In this document: one piece after another, positions 107,375 to 120,353 of the stretch
How the letters are laid out: every line of letters begins with the position of its first letter
Position numbering within the stretch: the first letter of the stretch is position 1
Assembly (NCBI RefSeq): GCF_000737315.1
Contig: NZ_JMCB01000005.1
Location: forward strand, 20,001 to 268,000
From: Hyalangium minutum
Lineage (GTDB): Bacteria; Myxococcota; Myxococcia; Myxococcales; Myxococcaceae
DNA length: 248,000 bases
Reading direction: 5' to 3'
The notes under the pieces: model-generated
What the model was told of the DNA's origin: nothing
Database searches by the model: none
What the model saw: the letters and a program-made list of their open reading frames with translations, nothing else
Position numbers and translations under genes: made by a program

Positions 107375-108034
107375 ATGACTCCGCCCGGCCCCTTGCTCGC
107401 TTCCATTTATGGACTGTACCTGCTCGCGGTCATCACGCCCGGGCCGAACACGTTCATCGTCACGCGCTTGGCGCTGTCCACCACGCGTCGGCACGCGGCC
107501 TGGGCCGTGTTGGGCATTGCCTTGGGGAATGCCGCGTGGCTGTGCGTCATCTTGGGCGGCGTCGCCGTCCTCTTGCAGCAGCACCCGGAAGGCATGCGCG
107601 CCATGCGCTACGTGGGCGGGCTGTACCTGCTCTACCTGGGCGTGCGAGGGCTGTGTGCCGCACGGACGGCCTCACGGGCTTCCGAGGCGGCTCCCGCTGC
107701 GGCTCCGGGGACGGCGCTCGTGGAGAGGGCCATGTCGGGGGAGGAAGACCGGCCGTTTCGCAGTGGGCTGTTCGCCAGCCTGTCCAATCCGAACACGATG
107801 CCGTTCTACCTGAGCATTCTCGCACCCACGGTGGCCCCGGACATCCCCCTGTGGGTGCGCGTGGCGGCAGCCGTGGGCATCGTGATGATCGCCATGGCGT
107901 GGTACGGGACTCTGGCCTGGGGCCTGTCCACTGGCCACGTCCGGCAGGCGTACTCCCGGCGGGAGCCGGTCATCCGCCGGGTGCTTGCGCTGGTGCTGAT
108001 GGCCTACGGGCTCCGGCTGCTGATCTCGGGGTAG
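107375..108034 (+). CDS. LysE family exporter
   Basis: ITPGPN; SLSNP. Confidence 0.85.
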   Translation: MTPPGPLLASIYGLYLLAVITPGPNTFIVTRLALSTTRRHAAWAVLGIALGNAAWLCVILGGVAVLLQQHPEGMRAMRYVGGLYLLYLGVRGLCAARTASRASEAAPAAAPGTALVERAMSGEEDRPFRSGLFASLSNPNTMPFYLSILAPTVAPDIPLWVRVAAAVGIVMIAMAWYGTLAWGLSTGHVRQAYSRREPVIRRVLALVLMAYGLRLLISG

Positions 108035-108167
108035 AGGCGCGGTAGGGAACCACCGATTCCCGGTGATTCAGGCTCGTCGTGCGGAACTCCCAGCTTGATC
108101 AGCGTCTCGAGCGTCCTCGCCATGTCCTCCGCCGCGCCCGCCAACCGGGAGTGTATCCCGAGAGAGC

Positions 108168-109424
108168 TCAGCGGCAGTCCGCCAGCACCGTGCGCGCCCG
108201 CTCCTCCAGCGCTGGTACCTGCTCCTCCCCCGAGGCGAGCAGCGCCTTCACGGCCTTGCAGCCCTGTGCCTGGGCGTTCGCGGCTTTGACGGCGTCCCAG
108301 TAGAGCTCCAGCGCCCCGGCGGTGCGGCGAGAGGCCAGGTTGGTCTCGGCCAGCGCTAGCGCCTTCTGAGGAGCCGCGCCGAGTCCCAGATAGAAACGCG
108401 CGGCATGATCCGCGAAGGCCAGCGGATGGCGGGCAGTCCAGTGCTCGAAGCCGGCCGTCGCTCGGGCCAGGAACTGCTGAGCCTCGGACTCCTTGCCGGT
108501 CTGGCGCAGCAAGCCCGCGAGCTGCGCGGCGGACTCGGGATCATCTGAGCGCTCCACGACGGGCCGCAACAGGGCAATGGCCTTGTCGGTGCGGCCCGCG
108601 GCGGTTTCCACCTCGGCGAGGTGGGTGGCCGCGGCGGCGTAGACCGGGAGGCGCGCATGGGCCGCCGCCCAGGACTGGCCAGCGCGCTCCAGGTTGCCCG
108701 CGCTCTCCCAGAGCAGACCCTCCTGGAACTCCAGCCACGCCACGGGGAAGGGGGACACGTCCCGGTACGTGGCACGCGCCTGCGCGTAGAGCTTGGCGGC
108801 CTCCTCGAAGTGGCCCTCTTCGGTCATGGCGCCAGCGAGCCCCGCCAGCGTCTCCAGGCTCGGCCGGGCTTCGGCGGCGGCCCGGTGGAACTTCTGCGCT
108901 TCACTCGCGTGCCCGGTGGCCTGGAGAATGGCCGCCCGAGGCTCATCGATGGCGAGGCCCTTCACGCCCCGGTGCTCGGCCTCCGCCAGATCCGCCAGCG
109001 CCTCGTCGAAATGGTGCAGCCGGCCCCGCACGTTGGCGCGCTTGAGGTAGCTCTGGGCATCCTCGGGCGCCGCCTGGACCAGCCGGTCCGCCAGTTCCAG
109101 GGACTGATCATAGTCCGCGAGCACCCCAAGGAACTGGGCTCGCACCATTCGCAGCTCCATCATCGCCCTCAGCCGGTCGGGGGCCGTGGGCTGCTCGGCC
109201 AGCCTCCTCTCGGCCTGGGCCAGCTGCGTCTCGAAGTTGTGGAGAGCGAGGGCGCCATCCGTCGTGCGCGGCTCTGGAGGCAGGGCTGCGGTGTCCCCGC
109301 CCGCTCCGCCCACCGCGGCAGGCGGTGAAGCGGAGGGACGGGGCGTGGAGGCATTGCGGTCGCATCCCGATGCCACCATTCCAGTACCGATCAATAGGAG
109401 GACTCGCCAGTGCATGGTGGTCAT
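108168..109424 (-). CDS. TPR lipoprotein
   Basis: ASGC; TPR-like helices. Confidence 0.7.
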   Translation of the reverse strand: MTTMHWRVLLLIGTGMVASGCDRNASTPRPSASPPAAVGGAGGDTAALPPEPRTTDGALALHNFETQLAQAERRLAEQPTAPDRLRAMMELRMVRAQFLGVLADYDQSLELADRLVQAAPEDAQSYLKRANVRGRLHHFDEALADLAEAEHRGVKGLAIDEPRAAILQATGHASEAQKFHRAAAEARPSLETLAGLAGAMTEEGHFEEAAKLYAQARATYRDVSPFPVAWLEFQEGLLWESAGNLERAGQSWAAAHARLPVYAAAATHLAEVETAAGRTDKAIALLRPVVERSDDPESAAQLAGLLRQTGKESEAQQFLARATAGFEHWTARHPLAFADHAARFYLGLGAAPQKALALAETNLASRRTAGALELYWDAVKAANAQAQGCKAVKALLASGEEQVPALEERARTVLADCR

Positions 109425-109442
109425 TGGGAAGGCCCTTTCGTC

Positions 109443-110063
109443 TTAGCGAGGTGCGGCGAGGAACGGGAACGCGGTGTGGGAGTGGATGTTGCCATCCCCG
109501 TCGGCGTTGATGCCGTCTGTCACGCCGGTGAGCACCCCGGCGGCGAGCACCGAGAAGCTCGTGTCGATCACGTCGTAGTTGGGAGCGCGGCCGCCGCAGT
109601 CGTTATTGGGGACGACGTTGACGGCATTGGCCTCGACGGCCAGGTACTGGCCACACGTGGTAGAGGCGGTGTTGACGTAGAGCTGGTCTTCCGCCAGCAC
109701 TCCGGCCAGGGTGTTGTAGCGCCCGGCGGCGTCCGTCGGGCCCGCCAGCAGCTGGTTGCCGCATTGGGCGTCCAACCCGTCGAGGATGGACAGGCTGGAG
109801 GCGATGTTGGCGGAGTAGCCGGACCAACTGGCCTGCAGCGAGACGTTGTAGCTGTCCTTGGCGGCGTTCGTGGTGTTGGCGTCCGCTTCGAACGTGCCGA
109901 TGAGGGCGGCGTTGATGGCCGGCCGCCCCATCCGATCGATCAGCGTCCCCAGCGTTGGCACCGGAGGCGGCTGGTTGTCCGGAGGCTCCTCGTCATCATC
110001 CTTGCACGCCGCAAGAGGCATCAGCAGGCTCGCGTAGAGAGCCATCTTCAGGATTCGCTTCAT
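109443..110063 (-). CDS. DUF4331-family lipoprotein
   Basis: IDRMGRPAIN; GGRAPNYDVID; FPFL. Confidence 0.75.
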   Translation of the reverse strand: MKRILKMALYASLLMPLAACKDDDEEPPDNQPPPVPTLGTLIDRMGRPAINAALIGTFEADANTTNAAKDSYNVSLQASWSGYSANIASSLSILDGLDAQCGNQLLAGPTDAAGRYNTLAGVLAEDQLYVNTASTTCGQYLAVEANAVNVVPNNDCGGRAPNYDVIDTSFSVLAAGVLTGVTDGINADGDGNIHSHTAFPFLAAPR

Positions 110064-110075
110064 GGTGGCTCTCCG

Positions 110076-110777
110076 TTAGCGGCGGTGAGTGCTGGCCCAG
110101 ACGCCCAGGATGGGACCGCCGGGAGTGACGAGGCTCTTGTCGACCTGGACCACGATGGCCAGGGTGTTCGTGCCGGCGAAGGTGTCCGTCGGCGCGGCGC
110201 CGTTCGCGCCCGTTCTGAGCTGGGTGACGAGCGTGTTGGACGTGGCCGAGTCCAGCTTCGGGCAGCCCGCCGTGTCGAAGGTGAGTGACGAGGCCGCGCT
110301 CTTCACCGCGCCGACCGTGGCCGCGAAGCCGGGGATGTTGAAGAAGAACGGATCATTCCGCAGGCCCGCGAATACCTTCAGCTTGCCGCTCGTGCTGGAG
110401 AGGCCCTGGGCCGCGTCCGCCTTGCCGGTGACGTACTCGCTGTCGCCCGCCCAGCAGCTGATCGTCTGCTGTGCGTCGAAGCCGCAGATGATGCGGACCT
110501 CGGTGGAGGCCGTCGCGGTGAAGGTCTGCTTGGAGTTGAGGTGGAAGACGTAGAGGACGGCGTCCGAGGGCAGGGTGCCTGTGGGAGCCGCCGGGTTGAA
110601 GGTCATCACCAGGTTGACCTTCTGCCCGCCCGAGTCCGTCCAGGCATACAAGTCATTGATGTCCGCGTCCTTGTTCGAGGTGGCGGACGGGCCATCCCGG
110701 TGGTCCGCGGCTTGCGCGGTGGGGAGCAGCGCGAACAGCGCTAGCAACCCGGTGAGTTGCAGGGAGAGTCGTTTCAT
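110076..110777 (-). CDS. DUF4331-family secreted protein
   Basis: ADHRDGP; DINDLYAW; RNDPFFF. Confidence 0.8.
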   Translation of the reverse strand: MKRLSLQLTGLLALFALLPTAQAADHRDGPSATSNKDADINDLYAWTDSGGQKVNLVMTFNPAAPTGTLPSDAVLYVFHLNSKQTFTATASTEVRIICGFDAQQTISCWAGDSEYVTGKADAAQGLSSTSGKLKVFAGLRNDPFFFNIPGFAATVGAVKSAASSLTFDTAGCPKLDSATSNTLVTQLRTGANGAAPTDTFAGTNTLAIVVQVDKSLVTPGGPILGVWASTHRR

Positions 110778-111064
110778 CGAGGGTCCTTTCGACTTCGGGT
110801 ACAGAACGGCGGGGCGAGGTACGGAACAGACCCCGGATCTGGATCTCCGAAATCGACGCGGCGCCCTCAGCGAAGTGCATCCGGGCAAGCAGGGGGGCCG
110901 CAGAAGGCCCTGTGATTTCAGCCGCTTGGCAGGCACCCAAAAAAGAATATTCGCCGTGTCGATCTCGCGGTTCCTGGTTCGACGCATCCATAGGAGCCGG
111001 AGTTCAGTGGGCCGAAGCCCTCGGGACGCCTGCTCCCCACCCGCAGTTCCAGAGAGGGCAAACC

Positions 111065-111487
111065 ATGCGCTTCATGATGCTGATGATTCCCAAGGGGTAC
111101 GAGAAGGCCGCGCCGGGCACGATGCCAGACGCCACGGCCGTTGCCGCGATGATGAAGTACAACGAGTCCCTGCAGAAGGCCGGCGTGCTGCTCGCGCTCG
111201 ATGGCCTGCACCCGCCCTCCATGGGCGCGCGCATCTCGTTCTCGGGGGGCAAGCCCAAGGTGACCGATGGGCCCTTCGCCGAGACCAAGGAAGTGCTCGG
111301 CGGCTACTGGATGATCCAGGTGAAGTCCAAGGAAGAGGCCATCGAGTGGGCGTCGCGCTGCCCTGCTTCGGACAACGAGGTGATCGAGCTTCGCCAGGTG
111401 CAGGAGTTCGCGGACTTCCCCACGGATGTTCAGCAGGAACTGGGGAAGTTTTCCGATCACTCCATCCTGAAGATGAACGCGTCGTAG
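111065..111487 (+). CDS. YciI/DGPF family protein
   Basis: VTDGPFAETKEVLGGYW. Confidence 0.85.
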   Translation: MRFMMLMIPKGYEKAAPGTMPDATAVAAMMKYNESLQKAGVLLALDGLHPPSMGARISFSGGKPKVTDGPFAETKEVLGGYWMIQVKSKEEAIEWASRCPASDNEVIELRQVQEFADFPTDVQQELGKFSDHSILKMNAS

Positions 111488-112884
111488 TTGCGGGGCAGGG
111501 AGGGTTCAACCTTCCCGGTGCCGAAATCCACCGGCATGGAGAACGAACCGGCCAGCGTGACGTCACCGTGCCGGGTGACAGACAGAGCGGACATGGGCGC
111601 GCCGTCCGAGCTGAAGGTGCGTACCCTCTGCTGGTGACCCTGCCCCCACGTGAACCGGCTGACAACCGAGTAGAGGCTGCTCGTGGAAGGCAGCGGTCCC
111701 GTGCCCACGTCATCGCTCGGAAACGCGTAGCCGAGCACCGTCATGCCGTCCTCCTGGGCCGAGTCCACCTGCATGACGCTTCCACCGAGCGTCTGTCCCC
111801 ACCGGTCCCCTCCATTCCGCGTCATCGCGAGCACCAGACCGCTGCTGCCTACAGGGCGTGCGGTGAAGGTGTGCCCGCCGAACTTGAAACGGCCGCGGAA
111901 CTCCCCCGTCACGACGACGCGGTTGCCATGCACCGCGACATCATGGAACTTCGTCATGTCCGTCATTCCCTCCAGCGTGCGGGACCAGACATGCCCGCCG
112001 GATGGGGTGTAGCGGGCGACCACGGCCGTCTCGCCGCCAAAGGGGGACCCCGGGTGCAGCGGGCCGCCGCCGAAGTCGGACTCCGCCGTGAAGTAGCCTG
112101 CGACATGGATGAAGTTGTGCTCGTCGGTGGTCACGGCCCAGAAGACACTGGTGTCCGGCGTGTCGAAGACGCGATCCACCACATATGCGCCGTCCCGTGT
112201 GTACTTCACGAAGAAGGCGCCCTCGACCGAGGCCGAGCGCGGGCCACCGCCGAAATCCGCTGTCCCTGACATGGAGCCCGCCAGGAGGATGTTGTCGTCG
112301 CCGTCCACGGTCAGCCCGGAGGCGAAGCCAAAGTACCCCTGCAGGTGGCGCGCCCAGCGAACAGTCCCGTCATGGGAAAATTGCGCGAGGAAAAAGCCGG
112401 GCCCCACCGAGACTCCTCCGAAATCCGCCCCGAGCTCGGCATATCCGTACACGGTGATGTTGCGCTGGCGGTCGACCGTGACATTGCCGAACTCCGTCTC
112501 GGGGAACTCGGAGCCCGCCGGCGCACCGTAGCCGTGGGCCCAGAGCAGCTGGCCATTTCGCGCATATTTCACGATGAAGGCGCGAGGGCGCGACGTGTCC
112601 TCCTCCGGCGGCAGCGGGCCGCTTCCGAAGTCCGGCGATCCCTGGTAGTTGCCGACCAGGATGCTGGCGTCATCCCTGTCCGTCGCGAGCCTTCCCGCGA
112701 AGACGTTTCCCTCCAGGGTCGCGGCGCTGCGGCGCAGCCAGCGCGTGTGCCAGCCGCGGTTCACCTGCTGCTCCACGTGGGCCAGCGGAGCGTCCAACTC
112801 GGACACCTCCGAGACACTCGGGCCACACGCTCCCCACAGCGTGGCCCACGAAAGCAGCAACTTCCAGGCGCGCCTGCTCGACAT
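111457..112884 (-). CDS. beta-propeller lipoprotein
   Basis: WGAC; repeated DFG.G, W.R motifs. Confidence 0.7.
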   Translation of the reverse strand: MSSRRAWKLLLSWATLWGACGPSVSEVSELDAPLAHVEQQVNRGWHTRWLRRSAATLEGNVFAGRLATDRDDASILVGNYQGSPDFGSGPLPPEEDTSRPRAFIVKYARNGQLLWAHGYGAPAGSEFPETEFGNVTVDRQRNITVYGYAELGADFGGVSVGPGFFLAQFSHDGTVRWARHLQGYFGFASGLTVDGDDNILLAGSMSGTADFGGGPRSASVEGAFFVKYTRDGAYVVDRVFDTPDTSVFWAVTTDEHNFIHVAGYFTAESDFGGGPLHPGSPFGGETAVVARYTPSGGHVWSRTLEGMTDMTKFHDVAVHGNRVVVTGEFRGRFKFGGHTFTARPVGSSGLVLAMTRNGGDRWGQTLGGSVMQVDSAQEDGMTVLGYAFPSDDVGTGPLPSTSSLYSVVSRFTWGQGHQQRVRTFSSDGAPMSALSVTRHGDVTLAGSFSMPVDFGTGKVEPSLPRNYDAFIFRME

Positions 112885-113088
112885 GGTCTTCCCCCCTCGT
112901 GGAGACTCCTGCCAGCGCCAAGCCTGGCGGGGCGGAGCAGGGTCGCCATCAACGGCCGTCCTGTCTCTCGTTCGTCAGTTCATGGGGCTATCCAGCTCTC
113001 GACGCAGTTCCGCGCCCACACTCTGGGGGCAGGGCTGTGAGTCCGCGCGTAGGATGGTGGGCCCTACGAAGCTCAGAGGTTCATCTCG

Positions 113089-114564
113089 ATGCTCAAGCCC
113101 GTTACGCTCTTGCTTCTTCTCGCCTCCCCGGCACTGGCCCGGCAGGTGAATGTCTCCTCGGTGTCCCAGCTCCAGTCGGCCCTCGCGGGTGCGCAAGCCG
113201 GGGATGAAATCATCCTCGCGGACGGCACCTATGCGGTGAACGCCAACCTGAGCTGCACGGCGAGTGGGACAGCTCAGGCCCCCATCGTCGTACGCGCGCA
113301 GAACCGGCTGGGCGCGAGCGTCCGCTTCAATGCGACGGAGGGCTTCAAGGTCTCCGGCGCCTATTGGACCTTCGACGGGCTCGACGTCCAGGGCGTCTGC
113401 GCAAGCGACAGTAACTGTGAGCACGCCTTCCACGTCACGGGCCGCGCCGAGAACTTCGTCTTGCGCAACAGCCGGGTGCGCGACTTCAACGCACAGCTCA
113501 AGGTGAATGCCTCCCAGAACGGAGCCACGTGGGACATTCCCCACCGGGGACTCATCGAGCACAACGAGCTGGCCGACACCCGCTCTCGGGCGACTTCCAA
113601 TCCGGTGACGAAGCTCAACATCGATACAGGCGACAACTGGATCGTCCGCGACAACCTCATCCACGACTTCCACAAGAACGGCGGGGACTTCGTCTCCTAT
113701 GGCGCGTTCATGAAGAGCGGTGGCAACAACGGCGTGTTCGAGCGCAACCTCGTGCTGTGCACCCGGGATGTGACCACTGGCGGTACACGCATCGGGCTGT
113801 CCTTCGGAGGCGGCGGGACGGGCGGTGCCTTCTGCGCGCCGGCCTTCAATGCCAGTGTGCCGTGCGACCCCGAGCACACCGGTGGCACGATGCGCAACAA
113901 CGTCATCGCCAACTGCTCGGATGTCGGCATCTACCTGAACAAGGCCCGCTCCACGCAGGTGCTCTTCAATACCCTCATCTCCACTTCGGGCGTGGACTTC
114001 CGCTTTGCTTCGAGCACGGGCTCCGCGCACGGCAACGTGATGGCGGGGACTGTGCGTGGACGGGAGGGTGGCACGTTCGAGGCCGGCACCAACCTGCTCA
114101 ACGTGACTTCGGCCACCTTCTCCGGCTGGTACCAGGAGCCGCTGAAGGGAAACCTCACGGTTCGAGGGGACGTGTCCACCTTGATCGGCGCTGCGGCGGC
114201 CCGCGCGCAGGTGGTGGATGACTTCTGCGGCCGGCCCCGTCCGGCTCAGGGTGCGTACACGTTGGGAGCCCTGGAGCACTCGCTCGGGGACTGCTCGGGC
114301 GGGTCTACCGATGGGGGCAGCACCGCTCCTGACGCGGGTAGCGGCAACGGGGGCTTGGACGGAGGCTCGGACGGAGGCATCCCTTCGCCTGGCGACGCGG
114401 GAGTGGGCAACGACGGGGGAGCGGGCGCGGAGAGCCCCCCCGATGAGGAGGCAGCCGGTGGATGCGGCTGCTCCTCGAACTCGGGGGTGAACGCCACGCT
114501 CCTGCTCATGGCGCTGGGGCTTCTGGCGCTCTCCAGCCACCGGCGCTCACTCGGCCGGAAGTAG
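113089..114564 (+). CDS. right-handed beta-helix (chondroitinase B-like) MYXO-CTERM protein
   Basis: AQAGDEIILADGTY; GCGC + TM + RRSLGRK. Confidence 0.7.
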   Translation: MLKPVTLLLLLASPALARQVNVSSVSQLQSALAGAQAGDEIILADGTYAVNANLSCTASGTAQAPIVVRAQNRLGASVRFNATEGFKVSGAYWTFDGLDVQGVCASDSNCEHAFHVTGRAENFVLRNSRVRDFNAQLKVNASQNGATWDIPHRGLIEHNELADTRSRATSNPVTKLNIDTGDNWIVRDNLIHDFHKNGGDFVSYGAFMKSGGNNGVFERNLVLCTRDVTTGGTRIGLSFGGGGTGGAFCAPAFNASVPCDPEHTGGTMRNNVIANCSDVGIYLNKARSTQVLFNTLISTSGVDFRFASSTGSAHGNVMAGTVRGREGGTFEAGTNLLNVTSATFSGWYQEPLKGNLTVRGDVSTLIGAAAARAQVVDDFCGRPRPAQGAYTLGALEHSLGDCSGGSTDGGSTAPDAGSGNGGLDGGSDGGIPSPGDAGVGNDGGAGAESPPDEEAAGGCGCSSNSGVNATLLLMALGLLALSSHRRSLGRK

Positions 114565-114581
114565 CTCCAGGAGGGAGGAAG

Positions 114582-116567
114582 CTACTGGCAGATCGCGCGC
114601 TCGCTCAGCGGGTTGATGTGGCCCTCGGCGTTGCCCGTCAGCGACAGGGCATAGATGCCACCGTCCCAGCTTCCATTGCTGAAGTCGATGCGCGCGGTGG
114701 GCGCCAGCACCGTGCCCCAGAAGCCGAAGCCGTGGGCCTGGATGCTCGTGGCGTCCACGAAGTTGTAGAGCACGCCGTTCTGATTGATGCCGCCGCTGAA
114801 CGAGGTGCCAAAGCCCGTGAAGGTGGCCGAGGCGCCCCGGATGTTGAGCACCGCCAGCGAGCCGGCGGGAGCATCGATGGACAGCAGCGCGGCGCCGGTG
114901 AAGGCACTGGCGTCCACATCGAAGAAGTTCATGTCCGGGGACGTGCCGTGCAGCAGGATGCCACCCCAGTTTGCGCGAGTCGTGGTGCCATTGGCCGGGT
115001 GACTGGCCAGTTGAGAGGACAGGTGACGCAACTCGGCGAAGCGGGCCGCGAAGTCGATGGGCGCGCCCAGAGCCGCGGCGCCGCGGGGGAAGACCACGGA
115101 GGGATTCGGGGTGTAGCTGCCCCCGTACCAGGCGTCGCCCCAGACACCGCCACGCGAGAGGTTCAGGCTGCCGCCCGCCACCAGCGTGTTTGCGGTGGCA
115201 CCGTCCGCCAGCCCCGAGCCCACCGCGAAGTCGGTCAGGGTGATGTTGCCGCCCGCCGCCACCTTGCCCTGCACGTCATGGCCCTGGCTGTAGTCCTCGA
115301 GCAGGAACAGGTTGTAGTCGCTCAGGTGGATGTTCGTGCCGTCGTCCACGGTGACGGTGAAGTTGCAGAACGCGGGAATGCCCCCGTTGTCCCTCGCGGA
115401 GCAGGTGACGGAGGTGGAGCCGCTCGGGAAGGAGCTCCCGGACTCGGACGAGCAGGTGATGGTGCCCGTGCCGCCGCAGTTGTCGCTGAAAGTGGGGGCG
115501 AAGGAGACCGAGCCGCCCTGCGTGCACGCGAGCTGGAGATCCGCCGGACACTGGAGCGTGGGCGGCGTGACATCCACCACGGTGACGGTGCCCGTGCACT
115601 GCGAGGAGTACCGGCCGTCGCTGACGATGAGGGTGACAGAGGTAGTGCCCAGCGGATAGGGGCCCGCCGGAGACTGCGTCAACTGGAGCGTGGAGCCGCT
115701 GAAGTCCGGGTCGTAACTGCCGCTGTCGATGGAGGCGGACGCGGTGCAGGCCGGGCCGGCGAGCTCAACGACATCGCGGCACGAGGCCTGGGGCGGCGTG
115801 TTCATGAAGCAGTGAGCGTTGCTCGGGCACCCATAGTAGACGCCCAGCAGTCCCTGTCCCGAGACGCTCTGGACGATGGACGTGTAGGGACTCCCAGGGT
115901 TCAGGACCGAGACCGAGTTGCCATTGCATGAATAGAGGGAGGGCACTCCCGAGACGAGGGAGTGCGCCGACATGCCACTGAAGTTGGCACACAGCCCGTT
116001 GTACGCAGGGGCGAGGCTCAGGCCGTAGACATTCAGGAACGGGTTCCAGAGGGCGGCCTCAGCGGAGGGGCCAACGCCCGTACCCGCGGCGATGTAGACG
116101 CCGCCGCCTTGCCCCACGTACTGGGTGAGCACGCTGAGGTCGACGGGATTTTCCGCGAGGAAGACGGCGTCGTACTGGAGCAGGTTGCTCAGGGTGAAGG
116201 GCACGCTGGTGGAAGTCGTCCAGGTGTGGCCCGCCTGGGTCATCACCGCAGCGAGGCTGCTCTCGCGAAGCCCGAAGTTGTTGGAATAGACGAGGAAGCG
116301 GCCGGGAGTTCCGCGGGTGAAGAAATGGGCCAGGTTCCGTGCGAAGGCCGCGGTGTTCGGGTTCGAATTGAACCCCGTGTTCGACAGGGTCCACTCGTCA
116401 TGACTGACGACGATCGTTCCCACACTGGAGTTGGACAGGGAATCCTCGCGCTGGCTCGGGACGGAGCTGGGGGCTTCGGGCTCTGGGGCCGGACCACACG
116501 CCCAGACGAGCGCACTCAGACACAGCCCTACCCATTGTGCACAAACCCCTCTCACGCTTCGCGTCAT
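114582..116567 (-). CDS. choice-of-anchor A / HYR domain lipoprotein
   Basis: DVQGKVAAGGN; NGVLYNF; HYR-like repeat. Confidence 0.7.
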   Translation of the reverse strand: MTRSVRGVCAQWVGLCLSALVWACGPAPEPEAPSSVPSQREDSLSNSSVGTIVVSHDEWTLSNTGFNSNPNTAAFARNLAHFFTRGTPGRFLVYSNNFGLRESSLAAVMTQAGHTWTTSTSVPFTLSNLLQYDAVFLAENPVDLSVLTQYVGQGGGVYIAAGTGVGPSAEAALWNPFLNVYGLSLAPAYNGLCANFSGMSAHSLVSGVPSLYSCNGNSVSVLNPGSPYTSIVQSVSGQGLLGVYYGCPSNAHCFMNTPPQASCRDVVELAGPACTASASIDSGSYDPDFSGSTLQLTQSPAGPYPLGTTSVTLIVSDGRYSSQCTGTVTVVDVTPPTLQCPADLQLACTQGGSVSFAPTFSDNCGGTGTITCSSESGSSFPSGSTSVTCSARDNGGIPAFCNFTVTVDDGTNIHLSDYNLFLLEDYSQGHDVQGKVAAGGNITLTDFAVGSGLADGATANTLVAGGSLNLSRGGVWGDAWYGGSYTPNPSVVFPRGAAALGAPIDFAARFAELRHLSSQLASHPANGTTTRANWGGILLHGTSPDMNFFDVDASAFTGAALLSIDAPAGSLAVLNIRGASATFTGFGTSFSGGINQNGVLYNFVDATSIQAHGFGFWGTVLAPTARIDFSNGSWDGGIYALSLTGNAEGHINPLSERAICQ

Positions 116568-117056
116568 GGTGATGTCTCCTCCAAAGGTGGTGGTGATGGC
116601 CGTCAGCAAGCTTCGAGCCAGACCAGGCCGAGTCCGCTTCTTACCTGGGATGGCTGTCACGCCGTGCCTGGAAGCGTGGGGAGAGGCCGCCGCCGACGCG
116701 TCGCCGACGTGTCGGGACATACCGACGCTGGGTGCTGACGCCATGCGGTGACGCATCAACGCCCAGCGATCATGGCAGTGCCTCTTCTGAGTAGGAGCGG
116801 ACTCGGCTCAAAGCAGAGGGCTGCGCTACATGGAAGCGGCGGCAGCGACGACGCGGCGCTCGCCTCGCTGCCTGGCCGAAGCAGAGCGGAGAGGCCTCTC
116901 CGACTGACAGGGTCGACTCCCTTCCGGCCGTGATGGCAAGGGCTCTGCGCAAGCCTTTGCCGCCGCTCCTGAAGTGACCAGCCTCACTTTGGGCAGTGTG
117001 AATCCCTGCGACGGAAGCGGCCCGGGCCTGGGCGCTCCGTCCGATGGAGGTGGGTC

Positions 117057-117878
117057 ATGGCAAGCGACCGCGCGCGGACTGTGTCTTCGGCGGGAAACTC
117101 CGAGGCGCTCCGGAAGTACTTGGCGGAGTTCATCGGAACCTTCGTTCTGGTCGTGGGAGGCGTGGGAGCAGCCGTTATCGCGGGAGACCGCATCGGCTTT
117201 CTCGGCATCGCTTTCGCATTCGGGCTGTCGCTGCTCGCCATGGTCTACACCGTGGGCCCCATCTCAGGCTGTCACATCAACCCCGCAGTCACGCTGGGGC
117301 TGCTGCTCGCCGGGAAGATGGAGCGGCGGCATGCCCCCGGCTACATCCTGGCGCAATGCGCGGGAGCTTTGCTGGCCTCGGGGGTCGTGCTCCTGTGGGC
117401 CCAGGGAGCCCCGGAGGGCTACTCGGCCGCGGCCCAGGGGCTGGGAGCCAACGGGTTTGGCGCCCACTCGCCGGGACAGTACGGGGCGGGCGCGGCCTTC
117501 CTGGCCGAGATCATCCTCACTTTCTTGCTGGTGCTCACGGTCCTGGGCGCAACGGACTCCCGGGCGCCCGTGGGCTTCGCAGGGTTGGCGATTGGTCTCG
117601 TCCTCACGCTGATCCACCTGGTGGGCATTCCCCTCACGAACACGTCGGTGAACCCGGCGCGCAGCCTGGGTCCCGCGGTGTTCGTGGGGGGCTGGGCGCT
117701 GGAGCAGCTCTGGCTCTTCATCGTGGCTCCGCTCCTGGGAGGAGGCCTGGCGGCGGCGGTATATCGCACGGTGCGGAGCCCGGTAGAGACGCTCACCGCA
117801 GCCCAAGCCGAGCGTTCCCTGGAGAGCGAGCGCGCCGAGCGCCTGGCTCACCGCCGTCCGACGGAGACCCTGCCGTGA
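117057..117878 (+). CDS. aqpZ: aquaporin
   Basis: HINPAVT and SVNPARS. Confidence 0.9.
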   Translation: MASDRARTVSSAGNSEALRKYLAEFIGTFVLVVGGVGAAVIAGDRIGFLGIAFAFGLSLLAMVYTVGPISGCHINPAVTLGLLLAGKMERRHAPGYILAQCAGALLASGVVLLWAQGAPEGYSAAAQGLGANGFGAHSPGQYGAGAAFLAEIILTFLLVLTVLGATDSRAPVGFAGLAIGLVLTLIHLVGIPLTNTSVNPARSLGPAVFVGGWALEQLWLFIVAPLLGGGLAAAVYRTVRSPVETLTAAQAERSLESERAERLAHRRPTETLP

Positions 117879-117962
117879 GCCCCCGCTGCTCTCTCTCGGG
117901 GGGAAGAGAGAGCCATCGTGGCGGCGCACGCAAAGTCCGCCGCCCCGTACGACGCTCGAAGC

Positions 117963-118166
117963 TCAGCAGCAGCGCCCGCCGCCCCTTCGATAGCGGGCCT
118001 GCATCCGCTCGTTGAAGAACTCCGCGTAGCTCATCACTGGCCGCTCCGGGTGGCGCAGGCGCATGTGCCGGACATAGGTGTCGTAGTCGGGCACGCCGAT
118101 GAGCAGCCGCGCTGTCTGCACGGCCCGGCGCCAGAGGTGTCCCAGCTCGTCTCGCAGCCGCTTCAT
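117963..118166 (-). CDS. YbdD/YjiX family protein
   Basis: GVPDYDTYV..HP..RCC. Confidence 0.85.
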   Translation of the reverse strand: MKRLRDELGHLWRRAVQTARLLIGVPDYDTYVRHMRLRHPERPVMSYAEFFNERMQARYRRGGGRCC

Positions 118167-118167
118167 C

Positions 118168-120285
<2,118 letters not shown>

Positions 120286-120353
120286 TCACAAGTTCCTCCC
120301 CAGGGAGCAGACCGTTGTCTGGGAGGCGACAGCCCTTCGACGCGAGTTATCGG

